IMG/VR virus record: IMGVR_UViG_3300025009_000054
Coordinates: 64,001 to 128,000 of that record
Reading direction: 5' to 3' (one strand)
From: a virus
DNA length: 64,000 nucleotides
Below, in pieces: positions 18,750 to 28,841 of the stretch; positions within the stretch are counted from its first letter, which is position 1, and the number at the start of each line of letters is the position of its first letter. The notes under the pieces are model-generated. The model made no database searches and was not told the DNA's origin. It worked only from the letters and a program-made list of their open reading frames with translations. The position numbers were made by a program, and so were the translations under genes.

Positions 18750-21446
18750 TTACGCCTCCACACTCTCTTGACTACCAGATGGCATCCCACCACCTAGCGT
18801 CGGCTGACCATCGGATGGCTCAAACCACGAAGTCGTTTCGCCATCCCATACTGCATGGACGATACCTTCTCTGCCACCTCTATTCTTACTAATATTAATT
18901 ATATGTCTGCCATACTTAAATCCAATCTCATTTATGATCTTCTCAGGTTTCTTCTGTGGAATCATGAATGTATCGCAGTCAGCCCATATCTTCTTCGATC
19001 CACCAACATGCTCGGCACCTATCGGATTAAATTCTCTCTTTTGATCCATCATGCCAATAGCTGATGCCGATAACTGTGCGGCACACACAGCAGCTATATC
19101 TAAATTTCCTGCCATATTTTTAATACCGGTGGATACATCTCTATACTCTGCCCATAGTTCACCTGAGGAATGCGACTCGCTTCCGAGTAGCTGTATGTAA
19201 TCTATAAAGACGGCAGATATATCGTATTTCAGTTTATACAAATGGGTGATAGCTGAAACAGCCTGAATTGATGCACCGTACTTTGTTTCAATAAATATGG
19301 GCATTTGGCTTATGGCATATGCAGCATCTTTAACCATATCGAGTTCTAACTGAGTTAGATACCCGTACTGCATGGCGTTTATGGTCACACGCTGTCCAAA
19401 CATTATCCATATGAGCATTGAGTATAACCTAGTCATAACGTCACCATCTTCCATCTCCATGTTGACGAAGAGGACAGGTGCACCCTGTAATGCCATGACA
19501 AGTGCTATCTTTAGCATAAGCGCACTCTTGCCTTGTCCAGGCAATGCTCCTATGACGATATACTTCTGTTTCCTGATACCGCCAAGTGTAAGCGATAATG
19601 CTGGGAATTGTGGTCTAAGGTCAAATCCTGGTAACGTGCCTGGATTTGCCACCTGGTTTATGATGAACCTCGTAGTCCTATCGACCAGAGCAATCCTATT
19701 GTGTTCTCCATCACCATCAGATGACCCTCTAACAGCGATGGCAACTACGTCACCGCTTATCTTAGATACTATTTCATCAGATGATATCGACGCGTCAATA
19801 CACATCGACATTGTACCAGTCATTTTTTCATATAGGGTACGTCTCTTATACCTATCGATAATTATATCTAAGCACGACTGCCAATCCTCATACGACGCAC
19901 TAAATACAGCATCGACATTCGTTTGAGATACCAAATTGCCTTTACCAGACGCAACTATATTAGAGTGTACGACATGGGCAGTAGGTACTCCGGCCTTGGC
20001 ACGTTCTTCTACGATCGCGCTAAATATGAATTTATTTGAGAATACATAGAAGCAGTCCTCTGTCAGCGACGATACACACTGTGCATATATCTGCTCATTA
20101 CCAGCCATAGCCGATAATATTTTATTTTCGGACGTCGCATCAGATAATACTGACGTATCATATATTCCAGACGATACGCATGCAGTAATTGTTTGCTGAT
20201 CGATTCCTACGGCATCAGATATGCATTTACACGCTATTGCTTTGTTAAGTGGACTCAATGTATGGACTCTAGAGCGTACCTTGTTTATGAGCATATGTAC
20301 ATCAAGCACGTTGTCTACTACTGTATCAAGCATAGACTGTTCTATATAGTATTGAGCAAAATGCGTTGCATTGTTGAGCTTATCATCAATTGACGCAATA
20401 CCATGAGTATTTATGACGTCATCTGGGTCTAGTCCTGGTGGCAATGTTACGATATCTAATATCATGCCATCATCTATACTAAGCTGTGATACTAAATTAT
20501 ATAGACCTTTTCTGCCACCAGCATCACCATCCCACATTAGCGAAATTCTAGATGCGCCATATTGTTTAGCAGTCATAACCTGTTCTGGCGATAGGTTGAC
20601 GTTCATAACTCCAACTGTAGATAGCCTATTACATGAATGCATGCGCATCACATCGAAAAATCCCTCTACAGCAATGAGCCGACCACTCTCTCTTATATGC
20701 TTTCGAGCTCTATGCATACCATATAACGGTGATGCAATCGGGTATACAGGAGAATTCCTACTGGTACCAGCCCATTTATCCTTTGATGGCGTCATAGCTC
20801 TACCACGAAAGAATACTATATCACCCTCAGCATCATGTATCGGGAATATCAACCTCCCACCGAATAGATTATCGTTTGTGAGCTCTAACCTATCAATGGT
20901 AATATCATCAACACCAGCACTACGCATGGCTACGATAAGGTCATGGGCATGCTCCGTATATCCTAAATTGAAGTCGTCCTGTGTCTGAGACGGAATCTGC
21001 CTCACATCAGTAACATACTCAACTATCTTTTTATTCTGAAGGTACATCTGGTGCATTACGTCAGCGGCCATACCATTGATTCCGCACAAATAGTCATGCC
21101 ACTGTTCCTCTATGGTAGGCTCTCTAAGATAATCTTTGATATCTATATTAAAATCGACACTAAATTGTTCAACAGCTTCTATGAACGTCAATCCTAGATA
21201 TGCTTGAATAAATCGTATAACATCTTTTCCATGCTTATCGGAACAGCTACCGAAGCATTTCCATATTTGTTTACGATCGCTTACTACGAAACTAGGGTCA
21301 TTATCAGCGTGGAATGGACAACAGCACCTACTTACGGATCCTGCCTTCTCTAAGACTATATATCTACCAATTGCATCTGATAGTGGAACAGCATTTGATA
21401 TGAACTGGATTAGACCTTGTGGGTCACGAACTCTTAATTTTCCCAT
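18750..21446 (-). CDS. DnaG primase - DnaB helicase fusion
   Basis: CHC2 finger (CCPFHADNDPSF..WKCFGSC), TOPRIM (VEGFFD, WDGDAGG, DPDD), DnaB motifs (GALPGQGKS, NMEM, FIDYIQL, AAQLS, KNRGG). Confidence 0.95.
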   Translation of the reverse strand: MGKLRVRDPQGLIQFISNAVPLSDAIGRYIVLEKAGSVSRCCCPFHADNDPSFVVSDRKQIWKCFGSCSDKHGKDVIRFIQAYLGLTFIEAVEQFSVDFNIDIKDYLREPTIEEQWHDYLCGINGMAADVMHQMYLQNKKIVEYVTDVRQIPSQTQDDFNLGYTEHAHDLIVAMRSAGVDDITIDRLELTNDNLFGGRLIFPIHDAEGDIVFFRGRAMTPSKDKWAGTSRNSPVYPIASPLYGMHRARKHIRESGRLIAVEGFFDVMRMHSCNRLSTVGVMNVNLSPEQVMTAKQYGASRISLMWDGDAGGRKGLYNLVSQLSIDDGMILDIVTLPPGLDPDDVINTHGIASIDDKLNNATHFAQYYIEQSMLDTVVDNVLDVHMLINKVRSRVHTLSPLNKAIACKCISDAVGIDQQTITACVSSGIYDTSVLSDATSENKILSAMAGNEQIYAQCVSSLTEDCFYVFSNKFIFSAIVEERAKAGVPTAHVVHSNIVASGKGNLVSQTNVDAVFSASYEDWQSCLDIIIDRYKRRTLYEKMTGTMSMCIDASISSDEIVSKISGDVVAIAVRGSSDGDGEHNRIALVDRTTRFIINQVANPGTLPGFDLRPQFPALSLTLGGIRKQKYIVIGALPGQGKSALMLKIALVMALQGAPVLFVNMEMEDGDVMTRLYSMLIWIMFGQRVTINAMQYGYLTQLELDMVKDAAYAISQMPIFIETKYGASIQAVSAITHLYKLKYDISAVFIDYIQLLGSESHSSGELWAEYRDVSTGIKNMAGNLDIAAVCAAQLSASAIGMMDQKREFNPIGAEHVGGSKKIWADCDTFMIPQKKPEKIINEIGFKYGRHIINISKNRGGREGIVHAVWDGETTSWFEPSDGQPTLGGGMPSGSQESVEA

Positions 21447-21455
21447 TTATTGCCC

Positions 21456-22073
21456 CTACATATTTGTTAATGAGAACGCTTTTTGTATGTCACTCTTAAT
21501 AGCATCGCGCAGAAACTTGAACTGCTTATATTCAGCCATACGATGCAAATACGACTGATGGAACGTTGGTACTAGTATAGCTGATCCCCACTCAAACTTG
21601 ATCTGATTTGTGGTGCCACGTACGGCAGTCATACTCGATGGTCTTTTACCAACGACACTATGGTACGCAGACACACCAAGCGTCATTATAACTGTCGGTC
21701 TTATTATATCTAATTGCTGCGATAGGTAGGTAGAGCAGCTTACAGACTCCTCCTTATTTGGATCACAGTCAGTGTCTCCATCGTGGGGTCTACATAGTAC
21801 GGTATTGGTAATAAATACATGCTCATCATCTATACCTAGCTCCGTAAGTATCTCATTAAATATGTCACCACCAGGTCCAGCGAGTATATTACCACTAGTT
21901 ACTTCCTCGGCACCTGGACACAATCCTATAATTACAAGCTTACTGTGTATTGATCCACGTGGCATTACTGGTACTGGAGACAGTGCCCTAAGTGGGCACT
22001 CGTTACAGTCCTGCATTTGTCCTACTAGATTTAGAAATTTTACTGTGTCCGGTCTATAACCTTCCATTATCAC
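21456..22073 (-). CDS. uracil-DNA glycosylase family 4-like protein with non-canonical motif
   Basis: CxxCPL, GLCPG..E, ITNTVLCRP, Q..IIRP..IMTLG, PTFHQSY. Confidence 0.88.
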   Translation of the reverse strand: MIMEGYRPDTVKFLNLVGQMQDCNECPLRALSPVPVMPRGSIHSKLVIIGLCPGAEEVTSGNILAGPGGDIFNEILTELGIDDEHVFITNTVLCRPHDGDTDCDPNKEESVSCSTYLSQQLDIIRPTVIMTLGVSAYHSVVGKRPSSMTAVRGTTNQIKFEWGSAILVPTFHQSYLHRMAEYKQFKFLRDAIKSDIQKAFSLTNM

Positions 22074-22375
22074 CCCTCCACAGTCTTTTTAATATATAAT
22101 CCAGGCAACCTACGCGCATCACCATCAAAACTAGTATTGATAGCATATGGCTTACGATACCATGGTTTATACATGAGGCTGACGCCAACACTACCACCAC
22201 CAGAGGGTGCATCAATATGTATAGCTATTGGTAGACACGACGCCAGGACAGTCTGCACTAGCTGTATTAGCACATCAGTATGTACATCATATGCTATGTC
22301 GATGGAGTTTGATTCGGTACTATCACAATTCTCGATTTCCTTACTAAAGTCTGAGATAATTTCATCTATTGTCAT
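22070..22375 (-). CDS. hypothetical protein
   Basis: 101-aa ORF coupled to its neighbours. Confidence 0.6.
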   Translation of the reverse strand: MTIDEIISDFSKEIENCDSTESNSIDIAYDVHTDVLIQLVQTVLASCLPIAIHIDAPSGGGSVGVSLMYKPWYRKPYAINTSFDGDARRLPGLYIKKTVEG

Positions 22376-23012
22376 TGTTCACTCCTAATCCCATCATCAT
22401 ATCCCATTCATACATATTCTTGTTAGCATTAACTTTCTCGCATTGTACACCTGGGACAGCGATATTAATCGTTCTCTTCATAACATTAGCTGTTGCATGC
22501 TCAGCACTAGCCTTATCGCTAGCAATACTAGTAAAGTCTGACTGCAATACACGCAAGGCATATGTAATATGTCTGGCTCCAGCAGATATAGATTGCTCGA
22601 TAGCGTACGATATCTGCTCATTCGATGGCTTCATAGTAAACATTTGCCAGAGTGATGTAAATTGCGATGAATCGAAATCCGACATCATCAGGTTTGTGGT
22701 TATTGAGTTATATATATTCTGAAATTCTTCATTATATATGACATCTGAGTATCTAGCATTATTCTTGAGGTAGTTCACTAATCCTGGGTAGAAATACACT
22801 ATTCCAGTGGCGACTTTATCAATACTCTTTGGGGTTGACCATTTCGACATCAATTCCATTACGGCTTTGACAGGATAGTTATACGCCATCAAATCAGCAT
22901 GACACAAATCTACAGGGGTGCACTGAGCGGTCACCCCTGTAGACTCACATATACTTCTATGATGCGCAATAAGCGTCCTTCCACCGTATGTCATTGGACG
23001 CTCACTAATCAT
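22362..23012 (-). CDS. hypothetical protein
   Basis: 216-aa ORF with SD, abuts neighbours. Confidence 0.7.
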   Translation of the reverse strand: MISERPMTYGGRTLIAHHRSICESTGVTAQCTPVDLCHADLMAYNYPVKAVMELMSKWSTPKSIDKVATGIVYFYPGLVNYLKNNARYSDVIYNEEFQNIYNSITTNLMMSDFDSSQFTSLWQMFTMKPSNEQISYAIEQSISAGARHITYALRVLQSDFTSIASDKASAEHATANVMKRTINIAVPGVQCEKVNANKNMYEWDMMMGLGVNNDNR

Positions 23013-23387
23013 TTATTCCTCCACACCACCATCGACTATCTGGACAGGTGGTACTGTATCATTGGATTCTTCAGATTTTGCATTACTACATGCGCACTGA
23101 TGACCTCCATCATCTACTGCCATAACAGCCTGGAGCAGTCCTAGCGTCTGTCTCTCGGTAATTGGTGCAGATGCCATCATCTTCCCATACTCAACAAGAC
23201 CCATCTGCAGCATAGTATCTGCGCCGAATGGTACGTACTCATATCTAGGCTGGTGAGTATCTGGGTCAACTTTCACACCAATGAGTACAAATGCAGCATA
23301 TCCAGCATCACGCGCAAACCTCTTAATCGGATCCTCTCCTACGATCGGTATATTTCCACCGATAGGGATTCCTCTACCACTTGACAT
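23013..23387 (-). CDS. hypothetical protein
   Basis: 124-aa ORF with strong AGGAGG SD. Confidence 0.7.
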   Translation of the reverse strand: MSSGRGIPIGGNIPIVGEDPIKRFARDAGYAAFVLIGVKVDPDTHQPRYEYVPFGADTMLQMGLVEYGKMMASAPITERQTLGLLQAVMAVDDGGHQCACSNAKSEESNDTVPPVQIVDGGVEE

Positions 23388-23434
23388 TTAATTCTCCTCC
23401 TATGTTGTATATAAATCTAAAGACAGGTGACATT

Positions 23435-24148
23435 CTAAGCAGATTTGATCATGCGGCCAATGATCATCGGTTGTCCGACTGAAGGTACGACAACTTCCCA
23501 CACATATTCGGCTCCAATAAGATTGAGCTTCTTTACTCCAAACTTGATATTACCGTTCATATCTACTTTTGAATGCTTAGTTCTATGCACATACGACGAA
23601 TCACACTGAGAGTGTGAACCTACGATAGTAACACTATTTTTATAAAACATAGCCCACGCTATCTGTCCAATATCAAATACTTTATTCGTGACCATTACCG
23701 GTATTGTTAATACTCCATCATTACCGGCTACACTATGCCATCCATCATTATGCCTCTTCGTAGTATTTGGTCCTCTACTGCGTCTAGGCTTCTTGGGTGC
23801 TATCGAATTCGGAATGGTCGCTGGTGATGAGCAATACATCGCAAGTCCTAAAGACGGGTTCTCTTCTACTATCATTCCACCTGGATGATCAGCCACACTC
23901 TTGCCAATCGGATGATATACAAGTACCCCAATGTCAGTACCAGACATATTACCCATAGTCTGCAAATAATCTTTGGTCATCTCGCCATTATTCCACATAG
24001 ATATAACAATCGGTCTAACATCACTATGTGGAGCCCATAGCCCATCACCACGTACCTTTATAGTAACGTCGTAGGCGGTAAACACTATTCCGCTTGAAAC
24101 ATAGTCAACTACTGTATCCCTTATTGCAACCTCTAATGATGCGTTCAT
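23435..24148 (-). CDS. hypothetical protein coupled to PARP, possibly DNA-binding
   Basis: Start MNASLE after GGAGGGAG; N-terminal FTAYDVT..VR helical domain; C-terminal DG.LTIP / D.NGNIK strands weakly AbrB-like. Confidence 0.65.
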   Translation of the reverse strand: MNASLEVAIRDTVVDYVSSGIVFTAYDVTIKVRGDGLWAPHSDVRPIVISMWNNGEMTKDYLQTMGNMSGTDIGVLVYHPIGKSVADHPGGMIVEENPSLGLAMYCSSPATIPNSIAPKKPRRSRGPNTTKRHNDGWHSVAGNDGVLTIPVMVTNKVFDIGQIAWAMFYKNSVTIVGSHSQCDSSYVHRTKHSKVDMNGNIKFGVKKLNLIGAEYVWEVVVPSVGQPMIIGRMIKSA

Positions 24149-24149
24149 A

Positions 24150-25421
24150 TTATCTCCCTCCATCTGTGAACTCAATCAGGTATTTTGGATTTATCTGATC
24201 AGTTCTATACACAATCCACTCATTGTTCATTACTCCAGACTTATTTGCTTTCGCAAAAGTGGAGTCATGCCCACTCTTTGGTAGATTCTCGCCATAGTTA
24301 TTTGGTACGTAATATTTGCCCATTGCCACATCACAAAGGAACATATAGCATGAGCTACTTCTAGTACCAGACCAATACCCATCTGAGTAATTCAACGCTT
24401 TGGTTGATTGGTCTGATGTATATATGCCATTGCCAAACATACGCCCAGTACAATATGGAGCATTACTTGGTGGGATAATAAAACCTTTTTGCATAATACT
24501 TAATAGATTTCCAGACCTAGTACCATGCCATCCATCCCATATATTAGGTAGATTTGCTCCATAATTGGCAAAAGCATTCGACATGGATGCTATCTCAACC
24601 TTAAATACCTTATGTGGACGAAGTCTAGAGCTTGAATGCATACTTTGTTGGGTAGATACATAGAGCTTTGTTATACGATCGATAACACTCTTGTCAGTAA
24701 CTAAACTTAATGATACCTCAAATAATTTTGGCTCTTCATTAGGTTCATTACCACTAGATACTACCATCTGAACAGATGACTCAAGAGAATCTAAAATACT
24801 ATTTTGCTTTTGAATAGCATCAATATTTGGATATAGGTACTTAAGATTGGGTTTCCTCATACCTATATTCTGTGGGATAAGTTGTAGGTACTCGTTAACA
24901 GAATCTATGAACGAAGGTGATTCATAATCATTGACTATCACATATTTACTTATACTATCAAGTAATAATCTGGCACATGAAATAGCCTCTGCCGTAACTA
25001 CTCCAAGCGGTGTAGAATATGTGCCACGGCTTTCATCGTACTGTATTGTGGTATTGGAGAGGATGTTATGTCGATTTACACTGACAAGATACGAAACCAA
25101 ATCTCTGGTTTCGTTATTATCTGTTTGTATCTGTCCTGTTGCCACTTGCGCCAGTCTTCCTGACGTAACTGTTTTACCGCTCTCCGTAGAGGTACCCCGT
25201 ATAGTTTGCGTCGCCTTGTAACCATGGGATCCCTTCTCAATGACCTTTTGGTCATAGAAACCTTTGCCATGGCCAATGACTTTTCTTTGGCCACTATATC
25301 CGACACGGCCCCAGTGAGTTTCTACTGCACCGTCGTCATATAAATAAATAGACCAAAACTTATTATTGTTTTCACTAACATCTGCCTTATTAAAATGACG
25401 CTCTTCCACTATATTTGCCAT
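24150..25421 (-). CDS. poly(ADP-ribose) polymerase-like protein: WGR + helical regulatory + catalytic domains
   Basis: NNNKFW..HWGRVG (WGR); TPLG...LIPQNIGMRKP (PARP_reg); WHGT, GRMFGNGIY, KALNY, NNEWIVY (H-Y-E triad). Confidence 0.94.
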   Translation of the reverse strand: MANIVEERHFNKADVSENNNKFWSIYLYDDGAVETHWGRVGYSGQRKVIGHGKGFYDQKVIEKGSHGYKATQTIRGTSTESGKTVTSGRLAQVATGQIQTDNNETRDLVSYLVSVNRHNILSNTTIQYDESRGTYSTPLGVVTAEAISCARLLLDSISKYVIVNDYESPSFIDSVNEYLQLIPQNIGMRKPNLKYLYPNIDAIQKQNSILDSLESSVQMVVSSGNEPNEEPKLFEVSLSLVTDKSVIDRITKLYVSTQQSMHSSSRLRPHKVFKVEIASMSNAFANYGANLPNIWDGWHGTRSGNLLSIMQKGFIIPPSNAPYCTGRMFGNGIYTSDQSTKALNYSDGYWSGTRSSSCYMFLCDVAMGKYYVPNNYGENLPKSGHDSTFAKANKSGVMNNEWIVYRTDQINPKYLIEFTDGGR

Positions 25422-25430
25422 ACCGATAAC

Positions 25431-25503
25431 TCCGTTTCCGCCCCTACAGGGCTACATGAGTTGTACATCGAACAAGCTAATTGCGTGATCACTATAAAAC
25501 GGA
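25431..25503 (-). promoter_or_regulatory. structured 5' leader of the PARP gene overlapping its SD
   Basis: Coding-strand TCCGTTTT pairs with GAAACGGA (overlaps GGAG); two internal stems (AGCTTGT/ACAACT, GCCC/GGGC). Confidence 0.4.
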
Positions 25504-25518
25504 TATGCCCAAAGAAGT

Positions 25519-25908
25519 CTATGTCAAGCTTGACTCTAAAGCATGCTTATCATCCTGAGCAGATGTAGAGCCAGCTCCCATACCACCCTTGTCTGGATCA
25601 CTAGCCCAATCACGCTTAAATACCTCTGTTGATACTTCGGTAATCGCGTCCTGCAAATCTATGCCCTCGGCACTACAATACCCAGCTAGAAATACTATAA
25701 CATCAGCAACAGCGTCTCTAGCCTTTGATAGATATGTCTCTCTTGTCATGCCACGTATACCCTGAACACTCTTTAGATGCGCGTGTGCTAATTCACCTAT
25801 TTCCTCTACGGCTCCAAGTAGACAGTGATACGGCACTTGCTCACCAAAATTCCTATCAGACCACTCCTTTTGATTTCTCTGTAATTCTCGAAATGTTAGC
25901 TCACTCAC
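25519..25908 (-). CDS. MazG-like NTP pyrophosphohydrolase
   Basis: GAVEEIGELAH...DAVADVIVFL (ExxE...DxxD). Confidence 0.85.
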   Translation of the reverse strand: MSELTFRELQRNQKEWSDRNFGEQVPYHCLLGAVEEIGELAHAHLKSVQGIRGMTRETYLSKARDAVADVIVFLAGYCSAEGIDLQDAITEVSTEVFKRDWASDPDKGGMGAGSTSAQDDKHALESSLT

Positions 25909-28841
25909 AGTGATAGTACCTCATACCCTTCATCAGTCGCGTATTTTACCCTATTTCTATGATGCTTCGATAGATACCTACAATTCATATCGGCAATGTC
26001 AAGAACAAGACCATTCTTCTTATCAGGTCTATTTGGATCTTTCCTCATGACACGACCAACACGCTGTATATACATGCCACGCTCAGCACCATCAACCACC
26101 ACAATTAAGTCTAAACTAGGAACATCAACACCCTCATTAATGAGTGTAGTTATCATGCATTTAAGCTCACGGCTCTTAAGTTTAGTAAATGCACGTTTTC
26201 TATCGCCTTTACTATCACTACTAATAAGCAAGATAGCACCAGGTATTAGGGGTAGTAAATTTTTACCATGCTCCACTTTACTAATAGCTATAGCTACAGT
26301 AGATCCACTATCCATAGCACGTATTACACTATCGGCTATCATTTGGTTACGTTCTGCATTGTCTATAATGAGTTGTCTATAGACATCGTTATATGATATG
26401 TCAATTTCCTTACGACATTTTGGACAATAACCTTTGTGGCCTACGAACGATGCTGAGAATTCGATTACATTACCACATTTGCCCTTACCGACCTTAGTTG
26501 GGCATATAACCTTAATAATATTTTTAGAATGATCAAATTTCTCGCACCTGATAATGGGCGGGACCAATATTCCAGCATCTATAATCTCTTTTGGACGTGC
26601 CATATACAGCATCCTCGGAAGAGCCGCTTCAATAAGCAGGTCTGTGTCATCGTCACGGTAAGGCGTCGCTGAGTTATGTACTAATACCCCATTAGCCACA
26701 AACGATGGATGCCCATCCATTTCTAAATCATATACATAGTCGATACTATCAAATACTGATAGTCCAGTATCCTTGATTTGCACCTCATTAAATGAGTAGT
26801 TACTATGGCAATATTTTGATCTTGTACCGCTACGACCATTATTCTTACCATTCATAGCATTAGTAGACCATGTTACTATATATGACGGATGTTTACCGAT
26901 AATTTTCCTACCATACACAGTTCCACCATCACGTGGTCCGGATTTTGGTGATGTAGATCCCGAAACACCTATACTACGAAGCAAACACAGAATATCCATA
27001 ACTAACTTATAGGATGTCGTGGTGTAATAACACCTTTTGCGATTTCTCGATCTTTCTGCACTATGACCATCAGAATCTATTAATCCATTTAATAATTGAC
27101 GTCTAGACTGATATGACCATGAAAAAAGACACTCACCTGGTATATGCTTCGTTAAATGGTTTACCTTACCAAAATACGATTGGAATATATCGACTAATAT
27201 AGCACTATTTATCTCTACCTGGGTAGATCCATCTCGTTTATCAAGTGTTAGATTACAATGTAGCCATGACATACTATTCACTTTACTGATAAATGCATCA
27301 ACATCTTCACTACATATCGAAAAACACAATTGATTTGTATCTATCCAACCATCTCCAATAAAATAGCCCATAATATATGCTAAATCTACAGTTGGAATGT
27401 ACGCATCCACCCACCCACCATGTGAATTACCAGAATAGATCCTAGTTGGTTTTGGCAATATATTTTTATGTTGTTTATATATACTTAACGACAAATAGTG
27501 TCCATACTGACCACGATTCCTAAACCTAAACCATGCTTTTGGGTCCAAATTTAATGCTCGACGATTAGTACTCGTCAAATCAACACATACTAGGGTTCCT
27601 GAGTCATCAGCTCTATCTGACGCGTCGATCATATCAATACCACGATCACACCAATCTATTCCATCATCTCCAATTAATACATCACCAATAATCAAATCCT
27701 GGGCTGATGCTTCAGACACTATAACCTGATGTTTGGTATCTCCAATATTTCTACCACCAGGTACTATCTTATATATGGAATGATCATTCGTCGTATTTAG
27801 CCAAGTTCCGTATACACGTACACCTGGTAGCTCACTAGATGCCGGTACATGCCTAATAAAATTTTTGATAGGTTTCCATGCAAACTTATCACCAGTCCAA
27901 CCACGTGACATTATGCCCTGACCAGATACATCTATAATCTCATATCCATCAGATGTTATATGTGATGCCATGTCAGTACAAGAAGCAATATAGAAAGCAT
28001 CTGCGATTTTACAATGTTGTCCAGTCCCAAAAGGACCACCAATAAGCTCTACATACGATTCGCTATGAACTGATAAACCTACGCGTACGTCGGCCTCGGA
28101 AAAGGCTCCGAAGGTATCGAAAACTGTCTGGGCTCGTAGGTGGTGCATTTCATCGCAAAACACGACTCTCGTGTTTTTAATCATATTCTTAAGGTCATTT
28201 GTCCGATAATCGTCCTTTGAACTCATGATCTTACCAATAGTCTGCAATGTCGCAACAGTCACCACATTAGGTTCAAATACAGTATCACCAACTATTCCAA
28301 TACCGGTACTCGGTAAATACTCCTTAAATGATTCATATGTCTGATATAAGAGCTCTATATTATGTACCAGAAACACTGATGGAACACCCATTTCAGCTAT
28401 GGCGTGAGCGGCAAGTAGTGTCTTACCAGACCCAGTAGGGAGACATATCACGCCACATTTCTTCTCAAGTATTGCTTGACACGCGGCCTTCTGATAATCT
28501 CTAGGATCTCTATTGGGTGTCCAATCGAACTTATCCTCATACCCCTTCTGAATACGATGGTCAATAATATCAATCTTAATATCTGGTCTAGCCTTAGATA
28601 TAGCCCATTTTACTCTATCGACAAGTCCTGTTGGAAATTCATATGTGTCAGAGTTAAAAACTGATACAATGCCCGACATATTCTTTTGTGCCCATTTAGA
28701 CCTATGTTTAAACCCAGGATCCTTATATGAGCACACTGAGCACGCATGGCCTACAGCATTTATTGGGTCGTAATCGCACTCTTCAATAATTATTTTACTA
28801 TACGCAGACCTTACATCTATTTTCATTACTGGTTTCCCCAT
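25905..28841 (-). CDS. UvsW-like SF2 helicase containing an intein
   Basis: PRDYQ, LPTGSGKT, DEMHH, GL|SATP, EGVDVP, QRVGRVMR. Confidence 0.93.
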   Translation of the reverse strand: MGKPVMKIDVRSAYSKIIIEECDYDPINAVGHACSVCSYKDPGFKHRSKWAQKNMSGIVSVFNSDTYEFPTGLVDRVKWAISKARPDIKIDIIDHRIQKGYEDKFDWTPNRDPRDYQKAACQAILEKKCGVICLPTGSGKTLLAAHAIAEMGVPSVFLVHNIELLYQTYESFKEYLPSTGIGIVGDTVFEPNVVTVATLQTIGKIMSSKDDYRTNDLKNMIKNTRVVFCDEMHHLRAQTVFDTFGAFSEADVRVGLSVHSESYVELIGGPFGTGQHCKIADAFYIASCTDMASHITSDGYEIIDVSGQGIMSRGWTGDKFAWKPIKNFIRHVPASSELPGVRVYGTWLNTTNDHSIYKIVPGGRNIGDTKHQVIVSEASAQDLIIGDVLIGDDGIDWCDRGIDMIDASDRADDSGTLVCVDLTSTNRRALNLDPKAWFRFRNRGQYGHYLSLSIYKQHKNILPKPTRIYSGNSHGGWVDAYIPTVDLAYIMGYFIGDGWIDTNQLCFSICSEDVDAFISKVNSMSWLHCNLTLDKRDGSTQVEINSAILVDIFQSYFGKVNHLTKHIPGECLFSWSYQSRRQLLNGLIDSDGHSAERSRNRKRCYYTTTSYKLVMDILCLLRSIGVSGSTSPKSGPRDGGTVYGRKIIGKHPSYIVTWSTNAMNGKNNGRSGTRSKYCHSNYSFNEVQIKDTGLSVFDSIDYVYDLEMDGHPSFVANGVLVHNSATPYRDDDTDLLIEAALPRMLYMARPKEIIDAGILVPPIIRCEKFDHSKNIIKVICPTKVGKGKCGNVIEFSASFVGHKGYCPKCRKEIDISYNDVYRQLIIDNAERNQMIADSVIRAMDSGSTVAIAISKVEHGKNLLPLIPGAILLISSDSKGDRKRAFTKLKSRELKCMITTLINEGVDVPSLDLIVVVDGAERGMYIQRVGRVMRKDPNRPDKKNGLVLDIADMNCRYLSKHHRNRVKYATDEGYEVLSL
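26673..28073 (-). mobile_element. 467-aa intein with LAGLIDADG homing endonuclease in helicase motif III
   Basis: Starts SVHSESYVEL, block B TTNDHS, LAYIMGYFIGDG and LLNGLIDSDG, ends YVYDLE..FVANGVLVHN followed by Ser(+1). Confidence 0.92.

Noticed and set aside
25431-25503. Hammerhead ribozyme or known riboswitch
   Set aside because: No CUGANGA core or recognisable aptamer consensus
25519-25908. Naming this gene mazZ
   Set aside because: The MazG fold is clear, but I cannot establish dGTP specificity or orthology from sequence
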